Positions 40,101 through 49,469 are shown, counted from the stretch's first letter. The stretch is 64,000 bases of DNA from a virus (IMGVR_UViG_2921119228_000004:1-64000); one strand, 5' to 3'. Made by a program: numbers and translations. The notes: generated by a model from the letters alone, not told the origin.

Positions 40101-42023
40101 CTTGAACTTATCTTTTAGTAGCTCTTCTACAGTTTCTTTGGCTTCTACCTCCTTATCCATGTAGTCATTAGAAGCCTCATTAACCGCTTTATCCATAGCT
40201 CTTGCACGAGCTGATTTTTCGGCTTCTTGCGTAATGATACGATAAGCCTTAGCCAGATCATCCAAAGCGTTCTTTTCATCCCCCAGCCCCTTCAAATACT
40301 CACCGTATTTGCTCATTATGGCTTCCTTTGCAGAACGGTATTCATCCGTACCTTCTTTGGCTGCTTTCAAACGTGCAAACATCGCATCAATTTGCAATCT
40401 TTCAGCTCCAATAACCTTTTCACTCTCAGATATGGCGTTATTTAGTTTTTCTTGCGCCTTTTCTGCGTCAGTCTGATAAGTGATAAGTTTATAAATACCA
40501 TAACCGAGAGCTGCTATGGCTGCTGCTGCCAAAGTATAAGGATTTGCCAGCATAACGGCTTTCAACCTGGTAGCTACAGCCGTAAGCCTGAGCTTTGCAG
40601 TTGCCAACAAGTTTGTTGTAGTTACATTGGCTGCTTGTGCTGCTGTGTTGGCTGCTGTCTGAGTGGTATTCAATGTTTTAGCAGCCGTTTCTACCGCTAC
40701 TTTCTTGGTGCTAAAATCACGTGTGGCTGCTTGGTATTGTAAGGCTGCTGTTTCTCTGGCTGTTTCGGCTGCGACTAATTTTCTTTCTGCTGCTTCTACT
40801 TGTTTTGCGGAGCCAGTAGCACCGATAGACATAAGTTCTGCTAATCTTTGCTTCTCCAACTCTTTAGCAGCAAGGTATTCGGTTCTCTTGGCTGCTACGG
40901 CTTGGCTGGCTGCTGAAACCTCTGTACGAGCTTTAGCTAAAGCTGCGGTTTGAGCCTCTATATTTGCTGCCATTTCAGCTTTTACGGCAGTTGCATACTC
41001 TAACGTGCCTTTGGTTAAATTCTGCTTTGAAATGGCTGCTTGCTGCTCTACAGTAAGCAATTTGCTTAGTTCCTCAGCTTCTCCAGTGGCTTTAATGGTA
41101 GTAACGGCATTTTTTGTAGCAGCAACTGAAATTACAGCAGCTTTGTACAAGCCATAAGTAACAATCAATTCTTGTATAGTTTCACCGATAGCCTCGTAGT
41201 TCTCTATAGCGGAGATACCAGTTTCCAGTATTGAATTGATTGTTCCCTCGTTAGCTTTCCCTACTTCGTTAAGCATTACAGAAATAGCATCGCTCATGTT
41301 GGAGATCTTACCCGTAATAGTCTTACTTTGCTCTTCCATCAGGTTGTAGAACATACCGCCAGAATTTGTAAGGTTTTCTATAACCTTCTGAACTTCGGGG
41401 AATCCTACCTTTCCTTCGGAAACCAAAGCCTTAACTTCATTTTCAGCTACACCCAACTCTTTAGCCAATTCACGAATCATCGGAATACCTCTACCCGTAA
41501 ATTGGTTAAGATCCTCAGCGTATAATCTGCCTTGTGTCATGGTTGTACCGTATAACCAGGCTATATCTTGTAATGGAATAGATAAGCCAGCAGCGATATT
41601 TCCTAACCGTACCAAAGTGTCATTCACTTTGTCAGCAGCTATACCATAAGCAAGTAATTGTTTTGCGCTACTTGACACACCAACGAGATCAAACGGAGTT
41701 TTAGCAGCAGTATTAACAAGCTGTGTCATTAAAGCATCAGCTTTAGCCTTACTGCCCAACATGGTATTGAAGGCAACCTCTAATTGTTGGTATTCACCTC
41801 TTACCTGAGCTATCTTTTGAGCATATCCCAACGCTTGTTGAGCCGTGAAAAATCCAGTTGCAGCAACCGTTATTTTACGGAAAATATTGTCTATCCTGCT
41901 GCCTTCCTTTTCGGCTGTGTTGCCTATGCTTCGGAAAAGAGAGTTAGATTTCGCCACATCGCTTTCAAATTTGGCGTTATCCAATCCTAAAGCCCACCAT
42001 GTTGTACCTTCGTTGTTATTCAT
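37185..42023 (-). CDS. Tape measure protein
   Basis: 1612 aa, TPFD...AKQLLAYG tape-measure domain, Ala-rich helical repeats. Confidence 0.92.
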   Translation of the reverse strand: MNNNEGTTWWALGLDNAKFESDVAKSNSLFRSIGNTAEKEGSRIDNIFRKITVAATGFFTAQQALGYAQKIAQVRGEYQQLEVAFNTMLGSKAKADALMTQLVNTAAKTPFDLVGVSSSAKQLLAYGIAADKVNDTLVRLGNIAAGLSIPLQDIAWLYGTTMTQGRLYAEDLNQFTGRGIPMIRELAKELGVAENEVKALVSEGKVGFPEVQKVIENLTNSGGMFYNLMEEQSKTITGKISNMSDAISVMLNEVGKANEGTINSILETGISAIENYEAIGETIQELIVTYGLYKAAVISVAATKNAVTTIKATGEAEELSKLLTVEQQAAISKQNLTKGTLEYATAVKAEMAANIEAQTAALAKARTEVSAASQAVAAKRTEYLAAKELEKQRLAELMSIGATGSAKQVEAAERKLVAAETARETAALQYQAATRDFSTKKVAVETAAKTLNTTQTAANTAAQAANVTTTNLLATAKLRLTAVATRLKAVMLANPYTLAAAAIAALGYGIYKLITYQTDAEKAQEKLNNAISESEKVIGAERLQIDAMFARLKAAKEGTDEYRSAKEAIMSKYGEYLKGLGDEKNALDDLAKAYRIITQEAEKSARARAMDKAVNEASNDYMDKEVEAKETVEELLKDKFKGKKDKDGIDLAETYYWKIKPVLEGKGEITKEIQDIIKQFDETKYLPGDPMTGIGAQTYIANDLQDEITKVFKARGIYNNIIKEAQKRFGENPNQNQKTGNQEEVFYTKGKSISEIEAAITKGQEKLEAFKKALKENNGLMSDGKVVTDAVVKGQESYIAKLKATVLERENELQIISQVESRISKLKQEQKETVKGSAEYNDYQRRIDSLSKKLPDRKTSSSQKDYSDEIKRNAQEQIRIKKDMEFAVRQAEINTYKEGLSKTLKQNQLNYEQEMEQIKRQKEDKLTKIQEWEKTIWESQGKKGTFKPTTTQLSEQDEQQFKALENAAGKKLSTGNQTAIEEMLKQYQTYAEKRKEIEENFQQDIDEMRAVNEKDKKAGRQVTFSEENIAQAESDKQDALDALDQEIATREATFNVWVEQISSMGLRQLKEALQTAQDTLKKEGGKLDDKEKATLRAQIKTLEKKVEVAEAKDASISSAEKNKKKWSDTLKVMNEVDDTVNNIISDFDGMDDATKAALSAATNIAGGIISMITGIQALAVTGAEAIKGVERASVILSIVGTAVSLITSLFGLSSKAEKEHQEALKEVAENKLEMQRQYNLLLMEQNLLLEEATSIFGTDQIEKAINAIEVYRDAIAEYKEVLKGDKPTYQFQFNPKGNWGLDEYNAKLNAYNQGIGALNDITIKTGSYTTGAWFWKKQHDIYTSVLQVYPDLIDGEKNLNKERAQAILDTQTMSDENRNLLQNLIDLQEQAEEAQQALRDYLEGTFGSLGDSIMDSITEAIENDGVDAWEKFGEKGSSVLEDLGKQIAYSLFFSDKFKRLQADLEKIYGSGKTEEEIAKEARDLVSSFYQGIGTDMNNAQQWMEHWKEEANKQGFHLWETENREVSSNNGIAASQDSVNELNGRTTAIQGHTYSINEGIKSLVSHCAKFLEVLTGIRENTSYCKNLESINSNIKEMKESIGNMNDKGVIMRK

Positions 42024-42219
42024 CTTCGTTTACGTCAAATATTGCGTTATTTACTGCATCCTGATTATTAGGATCATCACCATTTAGAATAATGCCAGTA
42101 TCTTTTTTACCATCCTTCTTTGCTGAGAAAGAAGGCAGAACCGCATTATACAGACGAACATTCGCAAAACTCATTTTATATAGGATATAATCAAAAGTCA
42201 GATTATAAGCCTTTGCCAT
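42016..42219 (-). CDS. Tail assembly chaperone C-terminal (T-like) segment
   Basis: Reachable by -1 frameshift from 42228..42761. Confidence 0.65.
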   Translation of the reverse strand: MAKAYNLTFDYILYKMSFANVRLYNAVLPSFSAKKDGKKDTGIILNGDDPNNQDAVNNAIFDVNEDE

Positions 42220-42227
42220 TCCTGCTA

Positions 42228-42761
42228 CTACCGCCCAGATGCTATCGTTTCCTTCGGATCCGCTTCTCCTGCTTTTGTCGGTTTGAGAAGGTTTATCTCT
42301 ATCAGGGAAGCGGTAAGCCCGAAAAAATCTCCTATCTCCATTCTGTTTATGATTTTTAGGGTAAGAGCGTTCACTTTACTTGGTGAAAGTTGTTTCAAGA
42401 TCTTATCGGATAAAACAGCCCTGTTATCAATCGTAACCTTTTTGCGTGTGCGTACCAAACCGAATAAAGACTTTTGAACTACGGTTGCTTCTGTTGTTAT
42501 ATTCTCAGCTCCTAAAATGAGAGTAGCTACAATATCGCCTAAAACCTTACACTCTTTCGCAATACGGAGCGATTCAAATGTAACCAGGCTTTTATCTAAC
42601 TCTACTTTAGGAAGCTGAGAAATAAGTTCAGAGGCAAGGATAAGAGTAGCAATAGAAGGAGGTGCAACCTCGTATGTTTCTTGTCCTATCTGTATAGAAT
42701 ACGGCTTTTGTAAGATCGTATCAGACACAAGCCCTTCTATGTTGTCTTTTTCCTTGTTCAT
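42228..42761 (-). CDS. Tail assembly chaperone (G-like)
   Basis: Between the major tail and tape measure genes; slippery heptamer at 42321-42327. Confidence 0.75.
   Translation of the reverse strand: MNKEKDNIEGLVSDTILQKPYSIQIGQETYEVAPPSIATLILASELISQLPKVELDKSLVTFESLRIAKECKVLGDIVATLILGAENITTEATVVQKSLFGLVRTRKKVTIDNRAVLSDKILKQLSPSKVNALTLKIINRMEIGDFFGLTASLIEINLLKPTKAGEADPKETIASGR
42321..42327 (-). other. Predicted -1 ribosomal slippery site T TTT TTC
   Basis: GAT TTT TTC in the chaperone frame; -1 frame open through to the ATG at 42219. Confidence 0.65.
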
Positions 42762-42768
42762 AGTTCAA

Positions 42769-43242
42769 TTAACCTACAGCTAATGAATTTGCTTTTTTAT
42801 ACTTCTCAATCATTTTACCCGTCTTGGGCTTCAATGAGCTAAAGATGTATTTTAGCATTTTACCCTTTGCGGACGACCATTCTTCTTCAACCTCAACAGA
42901 GCATTTACGCATGATGAATCCATCCAGCGTATCATCTTCAGGAGTAAGGCGTACTGCATATTCATCTTTTACAACTCCGTCCTCTTCTGGAATAGGATCC
43001 CCTGTGCCAGAAGGAATAAACACACTCATAGCAAGCTGCTTATAAGACTTTTGCATTTTTCGAGCTACCAGTTCATGCCCTTCTCCGTACAATTCTTGCG
43101 CACTTCCTTTTACAGTTGTAAGAAGAACTGTATTTTCTTCGGCTGTGGGCATTGTTTTGAAACTGGAAGGAGCTGCATCTTCAGCACCAGTTAGCCCAAA
43201 TTCGACCAGGGGTTTACCCCATGTAATACCACTGTTTGCCAT
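42769..43242 (-). CDS. Major tail (tube) protein
   Basis: Position upstream of the chaperone; 157 aa beta-rich. Confidence 0.7.
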   Translation of the reverse strand: MANSGITWGKPLVEFGLTGAEDAAPSSFKTMPTAEENTVLLTTVKGSAQELYGEGHELVARKMQKSYKQLAMSVFIPSGTGDPIPEEDGVVKDEYAVRLTPEDDTLDGFIMRKCSVEVEEEWSSAKGKMLKYIFSSLKPKTGKMIEKYKKANSLAVG

Positions 43243-43245
43243 AAC

Positions 43246-43653
43246 TTAAAATGTTTTTAGTTCAAAATTGATCTTTACGTTTACAAAGTGCATAGCTACC
43301 TTTTCTGCTTTGTAGCTTTTAATTGTTGCACCTAAAGAAAATCTGTAATCAGTAGGTTTCAAGGATCTAACAACCTCATCGGCTTTGCGTGCCAGATAAC
43401 GGCATCTGCCAACATCTTTAACCAATACCTTACTGCCATTGTCTTTGTCGGGAACATAAATATTTACCGTTACGGAGCCAGTTTGAAACTGCCCATCCAA
43501 ACCAGTAAGAAATGATACAATTATATCCTCTTCCATAGGGTTTAGATCTCGTGTTCCTTCACGATAAACGTTACCTTTTATTTCCTTTGCAAGTTGGCTG
43601 TTTGTGATAATGTTGAAAACGTCCAGCTCTATTTCATCACCTGTCTTATTCAT
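43246..43653 (-). CDS. Tail terminator/completion protein
   Basis: Synteny; 135 aa. Confidence 0.55.
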   Translation of the reverse strand: MNKTGDEIELDVFNIITNSQLAKEIKGNVYREGTRDLNPMEEDIIVSFLTGLDGQFQTGSVTVNIYVPDKDNGSKVLVKDVGRCRYLARKADEVVRSLKPTDYRFSLGATIKSYKAEKVAMHFVNVKINFELKTF

Positions 43654-44087
43654 TTCATTTCAAAGCCTAATTGTTTCATAATCTGAGGTACAAGTTTGTT
43701 AGCCAGCAGTTCGGAAGAAGTAAGGACATTATAATTACGGGCTTCTACATAAGCTGCGTAACTCATTCCAGTAGATACAATCAAGACAATACCGTTTTGA
43801 TAGTTCTTTTTCAAGCTATCCAAATGCTTCTTTCCGTTTTGCCCACCTTTTGTGTTGGCAAAAGCACTTTCTTCCATAACTTCACCATTAAAAAGCACGG
43901 CATAACCGATAGAGTTTCTAAGGTTTCCCGTTCTGTCTGTATAGTTGCCGTTTAAACGGGCTTCTTTCAGACACGCTTCACCGACATAGATAAAAGCCTT
44001 AATAGCTCTACCTATAATGGCTTTCTTGGTATCATCAAGAAAGTTGCTAAAAGCACTATCCGGCGTTTTCTTCGTGAATCCCATCAA
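43650..44087 (-). CDS. HK97 gp10-like neck protein
   Basis: YTDRTGNLRNSIGY motif. Confidence 0.7.
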   Translation of the reverse strand: MMGFTKKTPDSAFSNFLDDTKKAIIGRAIKAFIYVGEACLKEARLNGNYTDRTGNLRNSIGYAVLFNGEVMEESAFANTKGGQNGKKHLDSLKKNYQNGIVLIVSTGMSYAAYVEARNYNVLTSSELLANKLVPQIMKQLGFEMK

Positions 44088-44395
44088 ACCGTAATCTTTA
44101 CTCTTCCTGAGCGATTAACAAACTCAATATCCTGTACTTCAAACTCACCCAAAAACTGTGTTCTATCATTGGTAAGTTTTACCGTATCAGCTTGAAAATC
44201 CCTACTTTCAATTAGGATCTCATAGCTTTTATCAGTAAACTTACCTTGTTGATAGATTGTGTTGCTATGCTTTACCGTTTTGTACAGACAACGTATAGGC
44301 TCACTCCATGATACGGTAGAGATAATCGGCTCACCGTTACCATCCAAACCGCCACCAGATAAAACCTTATACTGTATTGTTCCGTTGTATTGCAT
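44084..44395 (-). CDS. Head closure protein
   Basis: Synteny; 103 aa beta-rich. Confidence 0.55.
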   Translation of the reverse strand: MQYNGTIQYKVLSGGGLDGNGEPIISTVSWSEPIRCLYKTVKHSNTIYQQGKFTDKSYEILIESRDFQADTVKLTNDRTQFLGEFEVQDIEFVNRSGRVKITV

Positions 44396-44398
44396 AAC

Positions 44399-44725
44399 TT
44401 ACCATTGGTTAGAACCGTCTGATACAGAAGATTCTTCGACAAAATCAGAGCTATCTATATTGTACTCCCTACAAATAGCGGAGATACTTTTATTAATACG
44501 ATCCGCATCCCACCCGTCAGAAATTCCACTTTCCGAATGGCTGTTTTCAGTCATTCCCTTAACGACACTGATAGCAGCCTTCACCAGTTCAACATCTTTG
44601 GGGATGAAGTTTTTAGAAGGATCTATACCATTATCCAAAAGGGTAAATTCAAGTACATTCTGATCCGGGTAGAAGCCGGAACATATTTTAGTGCATAAAG
44701 CACGGATAGCGTCTAAATTCGTCAT
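44399..44725 (-). CDS. Head-tail adaptor protein
   Basis: Synteny; SESGISDGWD motif. Confidence 0.55.
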   Translation of the reverse strand: MTNLDAIRALCTKICSGFYPDQNVLEFTLLDNGIDPSKNFIPKDVELVKAAISVVKGMTENSHSESGISDGWDADRINKSISAICREYNIDSSDFVEESSVSDGSNQW

Positions 44726-44728
44726 AGG

Positions 44729-45076
44729 TTACTCTTTACATAAGATTTCAGAAAGAGCCTTGTTTTGCTCTTCTGTAAGTTCACCGAGCTTGTTGGTGAT
44801 TGCTTGAACGCCAGCATTTTTATTGATTGAAACGCCAATCTCAGCCAAAGCACCTTTTACAGCACCGATTTCAAACTCTTTATCAAAAAGGCTAATTTTT
44901 TCGGGTTTCTTTTCTTCTTTGTTAGCCTCCTTGATAGCAGAAATACTGCAAATTCCTCGTGAAACAAGATTATTTACACGATCCAAATCGCTTGTTGATA
45001 GAGTTTCACCGACTTGGTAGATTTTCTCCTTGTTGTCCTTGTCTTGGAACTTCTTTAATACTTTTAATGTTACCAT
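44729..45076 (-). CDS. Hypothetical head-associated protein
   Basis: Directly after the capsid gene; KFQDKD...YQVGE. Confidence 0.55.
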   Translation of the reverse strand: MVTLKVLKKFQDKDNKEKIYQVGETLSTSDLDRVNNLVSRGICSISAIKEANKEEKKPEKISLFDKEFEIGAVKGALAEIGVSINKNAGVQAITNKLGELTEEQNKALSEILCKE

Positions 45077-45088
45077 ATTGCATCGTTT

Positions 45089-46318
45089 TTAGCCGACCAA
45101 AGAAGCTGCTGCTGCCTTCTGATCGAATTGTTCTTTCGTATAAAAAGTTACTCCCTCTACTGCTTCTTCCGGCTCTTCAAAGCCTCTAACTTGCAAGCAG
45201 ACAATACCGTTAATTTCAGTGATAACCGGGATCAAACGGGCAGATCCTTGTGTATATTCACCAGCCTTTTGCCCTGTAGATTCACCAGTACGCCATTTGG
45301 CTATACGAATACCGTTACCAGCATTCATGTAATCTACATTGTCCTCTTCAAACAGCTCGTTATCTTCAATAGAAGGCTGGATAAAGCCAATCTTTCCAGC
45401 AGGTTTAAATACAATCATATTGTGATTCCAGGGATCTAACGGCTCACGTTCTCCGTCCTTTTCAATACCCACAAGACGGGTGATCTCACGAACTTTAGGC
45501 AGACCGTTATCAGCAAACAAGGTGTTCAAGTCTGGGATAGTAACAACCTTGCCGGATTTGTCCTTACCGTAGGCTGCTTCTCGAATTGTAATATCTCTTC
45601 GGATAAATGCAAGCAGTTCAGGAGCCATCAGTAACTCTTCAAATACGACACCTTTGTTTTTGAACAAGGTAACGATCATGGTAAGAGTTAGAATAATATC
45701 CAACTTGCCAGCTTTTGAGTTAGCGTCATTCCACAATAAGGCTGAAACGAGTTTGTTAGCTTCATCCATCAGGTAATCAATTTCAAACTCACGTCCACCA
45801 GGATTGTTGATAGAAGGAATGAAACGACAAACACCGAAGTTTGATATAGCTTTCAGAATCATAAAATCAGCAGTATCTTTGCAGCCCAGATAAGCGTTTT
45901 CCACATCGTTACGCAAAGTCTTTTCAATCTGCTTAACCTTTTGACCGTCTTTCAAGAACGGAGATTTATAAACTTCCAACAACTTGCGGTAAGTGGAAGC
46001 CTTCATAAAGAACTTATGTCCGACACGTGGAATTTCTTCATTCCAAATATCAAAACCGTCAGAACGTCTTAACGGAGTGGGGGATTCATCACCGATCAGG
46101 GTTGCCATCACACGCAAATGATATTTGCCCATAATACCCTCAGCTCTCAAAGAGAGTTGCGGAGCCTCCCAATCAAACCACTCATCCGAATAAGTTTTCT
46201 GGAATAATGCTACTTCACGTTCTGAAGCCTTATCCAGTGTCTTTTTCCACGTTGCGAGAAAATCAATAGGTTTGCCATCTTTAAACAAACCAGTAAAAGT
46301 TGAATAAATAGATTTCAT
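45089..46318 (-). CDS. Major capsid protein
   Basis: 409 aa after scaffold and decoration genes; lambda-E-like layout. Confidence 0.75.
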   Translation of the reverse strand: MKSIYSTFTGLFKDGKPIDFLATWKKTLDKASEREVALFQKTYSDEWFDWEAPQLSLRAEGIMGKYHLRVMATLIGDESPTPLRRSDGFDIWNEEIPRVGHKFFMKASTYRKLLEVYKSPFLKDGQKVKQIEKTLRNDVENAYLGCKDTADFMILKAISNFGVCRFIPSINNPGGREFEIDYLMDEANKLVSALLWNDANSKAGKLDIILTLTMIVTLFKNKGVVFEELLMAPELLAFIRRDITIREAAYGKDKSGKVVTIPDLNTLFADNGLPKVREITRLVGIEKDGEREPLDPWNHNMIVFKPAGKIGFIQPSIEDNELFEEDNVDYMNAGNGIRIAKWRTGESTGQKAGEYTQGSARLIPVITEINGIVCLQVRGFEEPEEAVEGVTFYTKEQFDQKAAAASLVG

Positions 46319-46331
46319 TTAGCACCTCCTT

Positions 46332-46979
46332 TTAATAAGTTTGCGACAATCGAATGTGAGAGTTCGCTTTTAAATAGCGTTTCGTGCTATCCTTCATGCT
46401 GTCGGGAATAGGCAAAACACGTCTTTCCATTACAGCATATTGCATAGTGTCCTCTGTAACATCTATGGCTGTTTCAAACTCTTTTACAGTAACTTCTTCG
46501 ATTGTTAAAGAGTTAGGTTCACCAATAACAGCAGCATTAGTAGAGCTTTCAACAACCTCTACAAGCACATCATCTACTGCCAAACCTGAGATCTCAGCAG
46601 AAAGTGTAATTACATACGGAGCGTTTGACACACCAGGCTTTTCAATAGACACAATAGAAGGTGCATTTTCAAAAGTTCCACTAACGGATTTAGCTTGTAA
46701 CAGCTTATCTCCAACAGAAAAGCAGGGTGAACAATAGCCATTTGAATACAAAGTGATAACTTTCTTATCCTTTGTGCCGATAGCTTTAACCTTCGCTGTT
46801 TTTACAATCTGTACCTTTCTTGTAACTTCATCGAAAATAGCGAGTGTTCCGGCAGGGATAATATCACCTACAGAAAAACGCTGTTTCTCCCGATCCAGAT
46901 TAAAACCGCCTGGTACAATTTGCGGACTGCCTGTGAAAATCGGTTTTTCACCGACAAATGAGATTTTTGTTCGTTTCAT
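46332..46979 (-). CDS. Head decoration protein
   Basis: Between scaffold and capsid; GDIIPAGT motif. Confidence 0.6.
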   Translation of the reverse strand: MKRTKISFVGEKPIFTGSPQIVPGGFNLDREKQRFSVGDIIPAGTLAIFDEVTRKVQIVKTAKVKAIGTKDKKVITLYSNGYCSPCFSVGDKLLQAKSVSGTFENAPSIVSIEKPGVSNAPYVITLSAEISGLAVDDVLVEVVESSTNAAVIGEPNSLTIEEVTVKEFETAIDVTEDTMQYAVMERRVLPIPDSMKDSTKRYLKANSHIRLSQTY

Positions 46980-46990
46980 TGTAAAATGAT

Positions 46991-47578
46991 TTATTTAACA
47001 ATAATTGATTCCAGCAACGCATCAGAAGCCTCTTCAACATTCTTTGCGTTTGCTGTTTTTACACTCTCTGGATCTTCCGAAATAAGGTTTTGAGTTATTA
47101 AGTCTTGTTTCAGACCAGCGCAATAAGCATCTGGATCCTCTTCATCAGGAATAACCAAACCTTTTCTTCTCCATTCGGGAATACCATGCTTGTTAAGAGC
47201 TGCTTGAACGGCTGTTTCACGATCTTTCTTAGCTTGCTCTTGTTTCATTTTATCCATTTCCGCTTGAAGTTCGGAGATCCGTTTGTTTGGATCGTTATCA
47301 GGTTCCTTTGGCTCCTTCGGTTCTTTAGGTTCTTTGGGTTCCTTCGGTTCTTTTGGCTCCTTTGGTTCCTTCGCTTTGTTAGCCCACCTGGTAGCTTCTC
47401 CTTGACTTTCTTTTGCCACATCCGCTATTTGGTTTGCTACTTTTTCGATTTCCGCTTCATCAGTAGAATCATCCTCAATGCTGCCACCCATTTTTTCGGT
47501 TATCGCAGTAAGGTACTTCTCTGATAAACCAGTGTCCTTACATAAGTCTTTGACTTTCTTAAAGAGTGTCTTATTCAT
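46991..47578 (-). CDS. Capsid scaffolding protein with (KEP)8 linker
   Basis: Charged helical protein upstream of the head genes; 9-bp degenerate repeat 47300-47371. Confidence 0.65.
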   Translation of the reverse strand: MNKTLFKKVKDLCKDTGLSEKYLTAITEKMGGSIEDDSTDEAEIEKVANQIADVAKESQGEATRWANKAKEPKEPKEPKEPKEPKEPKEPKEPDNDPNKRISELQAEMDKMKQEQAKKDRETAVQAALNKHGIPEWRRKGLVIPDEEDPDAYCAGLKQDLITQNLISEDPESVKTANAKNVEEASDALLESIIVK

Positions 47579-47582
47579 ATCA

Positions 47583-47902
47583 ATATTACTTTAGTTATAC
47601 TGCAAATGTAGGTAATATTTTCAATAACGGTGTATATATACGCCAGTGTTTTTTATACTTGTTTTCTTCAAAATCAGAGCTATAATCCTAAAATATCTAT
47701 TTTAATAAGTAGAATAAATCAAAAAGCGTACATTCCCACAATGTTAAAAAATGCTTTTTCTGAAATTATTTTGCAGTGTTTTTGAAAAGCTATATATCTG
47801 ATAATGATAATATTTCTATGTTTTACTTGGTAAATATTGGTAATATCACTTGAAAATATTACCTATTTCATTTGGTAATATTACCAATGTTACATATATT
47901 TG
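47583..47902. promoter_or_regulatory. Divergent promoter/operator region
   Basis: Leftward TACATTTG (47603-47610), rightward TATATTTG (47895-47902), several GGTAATAT motifs, palindrome TGGTAATATTACCA 47873-47886, 16-bp IR 47609-47624/47850-47865. Confidence 0.7.
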
Positions 47903-47956
47903 CAACGTAATAAAAACAGTTACACGAAAAGAATATAAAACTAAATACATTCAGAT

Positions 47957-48322
47957 ATGACACAGAAAGAATTTGAAGAAAGAACGGGTTTAAAACTATC
48001 GGCAGATGGTTATACGGAAGTAGAAGAGTGCTACATGAATACAGACCTTGATAAAGACGCTTTTTGTAAGTTGTGGATGGAGAACCCAACAGCCCTAAAA
48101 GAGATAGAGCGAAAGACGGTATTAGTACGTGAACTTTACGAAGAAAGAAAGTGCCTTACAAACCTTCTGATAGATCAAGCTGAAAAGTGGAGCGCATCAG
48201 ATTTGAGAGAAAAGGCAATCGCCATGATCGGGGAAAAAGAGTATCTAAGAAGAAAGATCGCCAAAGGGTACAATCTTTGGGATGCTGATAAAAAATTACT
48301 TGATGAAATTCTAAAAAAATAA
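47957..48322 (+). CDS. Hypothetical protein
   Basis: 121 aa, first gene after the rightward promoter. Confidence 0.65.
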   Translation: MTQKEFEERTGLKLSADGYTEVEECYMNTDLDKDAFCKLWMENPTALKEIERKTVLVRELYEERKCLTNLLIDQAEKWSASDLREKAIAMIGEKEYLRRKIAKGYNLWDADKKLLDEILKK

Positions 48323-48325
48323 ACT

Positions 48326-48466
48326 ATGAAACGATACTTCATAAACGGAAAAGAAATTAGCGAACAAGAAGCAAAAGCTATTGAAGCAAGAAACAAAGAA
48401 TACATAAACAGTAACGACATTTCGCTTTGGGCTAAATGTAAGTTTATAACAGTTATCAATAAATAA
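48326..48466 (+). CDS. Small hypothetical protein (46 aa, below the ORF-track cutoff)
   Basis: MKRYFINGKEISEQEAKAIEARNKEYINSNDISLWAKCKFITVINK, 3 nt after the previous stop. Confidence 0.6.
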   Translation: MKRYFINGKEISEQEAKAIEARNKEYINSNDISLWAKCKFITVINK

Positions 48467-48507
48467 TAACCAGTGGAGCTAAAGCCCCACATAATGCAAC
48501 ATCGGAT

Positions 48508-48747
48508 ATGAAAAACTTAATCAACATCAGAGTTTTACAGCATGATACAAACGATCAGATCCGTATCGGCATGGCTTATCCTATTATTGATCTGGATAAA
48601 GCGGAAAAGGATATAGTAGATAATTATGAGAAGAAAACCGCTTGGTGTGGTGGTTTTAAAGCTGCTTGTGAGAAATATTACCAACGTATTGCTATTGTTC
48701 GTGCGGACACGCTGGAAGTGATACGCCCAATTTACCCCAATAAATAA
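48508..48747 (+). CDS. Hypothetical protein
   Basis: 79 aa in the operon. Confidence 0.6.
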   Translation: MKNLINIRVLQHDTNDQIRIGMAYPIIDLDKAEKDIVDNYEKKTAWCGGFKAACEKYYQRIAIVRADTLEVIRPIYPNK

Positions 48748-48757
48748 TTATAGCCCT

Positions 48758-48937
48758 ATGAATGAATACACATATATAATTTTCGATCACAAGGGAAAAC
48801 GCTTGGGCAAAATTGAATTTGGGAAACGAATAAGTGTACCATCAGCCAGCGAGATTGAAGAAGCCATAAAAGACGGTTTCCCCAATGGAGCGACTTATAA
48901 ATTAATCGTGCCTATAAACGTATGTATAAGCCAATAG
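48758..48937 (+). CDS. Small hypothetical protein (59 aa, below the ORF-track cutoff)
   Basis: MNEYTYIIFDHKGKRLG...; fills the gap between neighbours. Confidence 0.55.
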   Translation: MNEYTYIIFDHKGKRLGKIEFGKRISVPSASEIEEAIKDGFPNGATYKLIVPINVCISQ

Positions 48938-48941
48938 AGAT

Positions 48942-49469
48942 ATGAAAAGCAATGTTTTGAGGTTTGATTACTGGTTTTCTTTCAATTATAAACGGTTGCG
49001 AAGTATCTTAGGATGGCAGCTAAATGAGGACGTTTTTCACGATACTTATTTGCTTCTGAGAAAGGATCTACTATTTATAGACTTGCCAATAATAGACTTT
49101 GAGCCTTTATTTTGGGGAATTTATAAAAGAGCCAGGCTTCGGAACATAGCTAAAGAAAACCGATACTACAGACCTAATGAGATATTTTTCCAGTTAATAA
49201 GTATGGAAGAAGGTTTATCGGTTGAGGAGCTTGTAGAGCCGGATAAACTTGCAAAAGATATTCTTTCCTTCATTAAGCATAAATACCCGAAAAATGATTA
49301 TAGGCTATTTAAGTTAAAAGTTTATGATACCGGGTGCTCTTATAAGGATCTTTCAGATTATACGGGTGTTTCAGTAAGCACCATATACCGTAAAATCAAT
49401 TCAATAAATAATGCTATCCGAAGTAATATAAGTTTTGTAAACCGATATTCATGTATAGCAATCGTATAA
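48942..49469 (+). CDS. Sigma-70/ECF-like factor
   Basis: EDVFHDTYLL region 2-like; SYKDLSDYTGVSVSTIYRKI HTH. Confidence 0.7.
   Translation: MKSNVLRFDYWFSFNYKRLRSILGWQLNEDVFHDTYLLLRKDLLFIDLPIIDFEPLFWGIYKRARLRNIAKENRYYRPNEIFFQLISMEEGLSVEELVEPDKLAKDILSFIKHKYPKNDYRLFKLKVYDTGCSYKDLSDYTGVSVSTIYRKINSINNAIRSNISFVNRYSCIAIV

Noticed and set aside
47609-47865. Invertible promoter bounded by the 16-bp IR
   Set aside because: Both -7 boxes lie outside or at the edge of the repeats and the same motif recurs several times, which fits operators better
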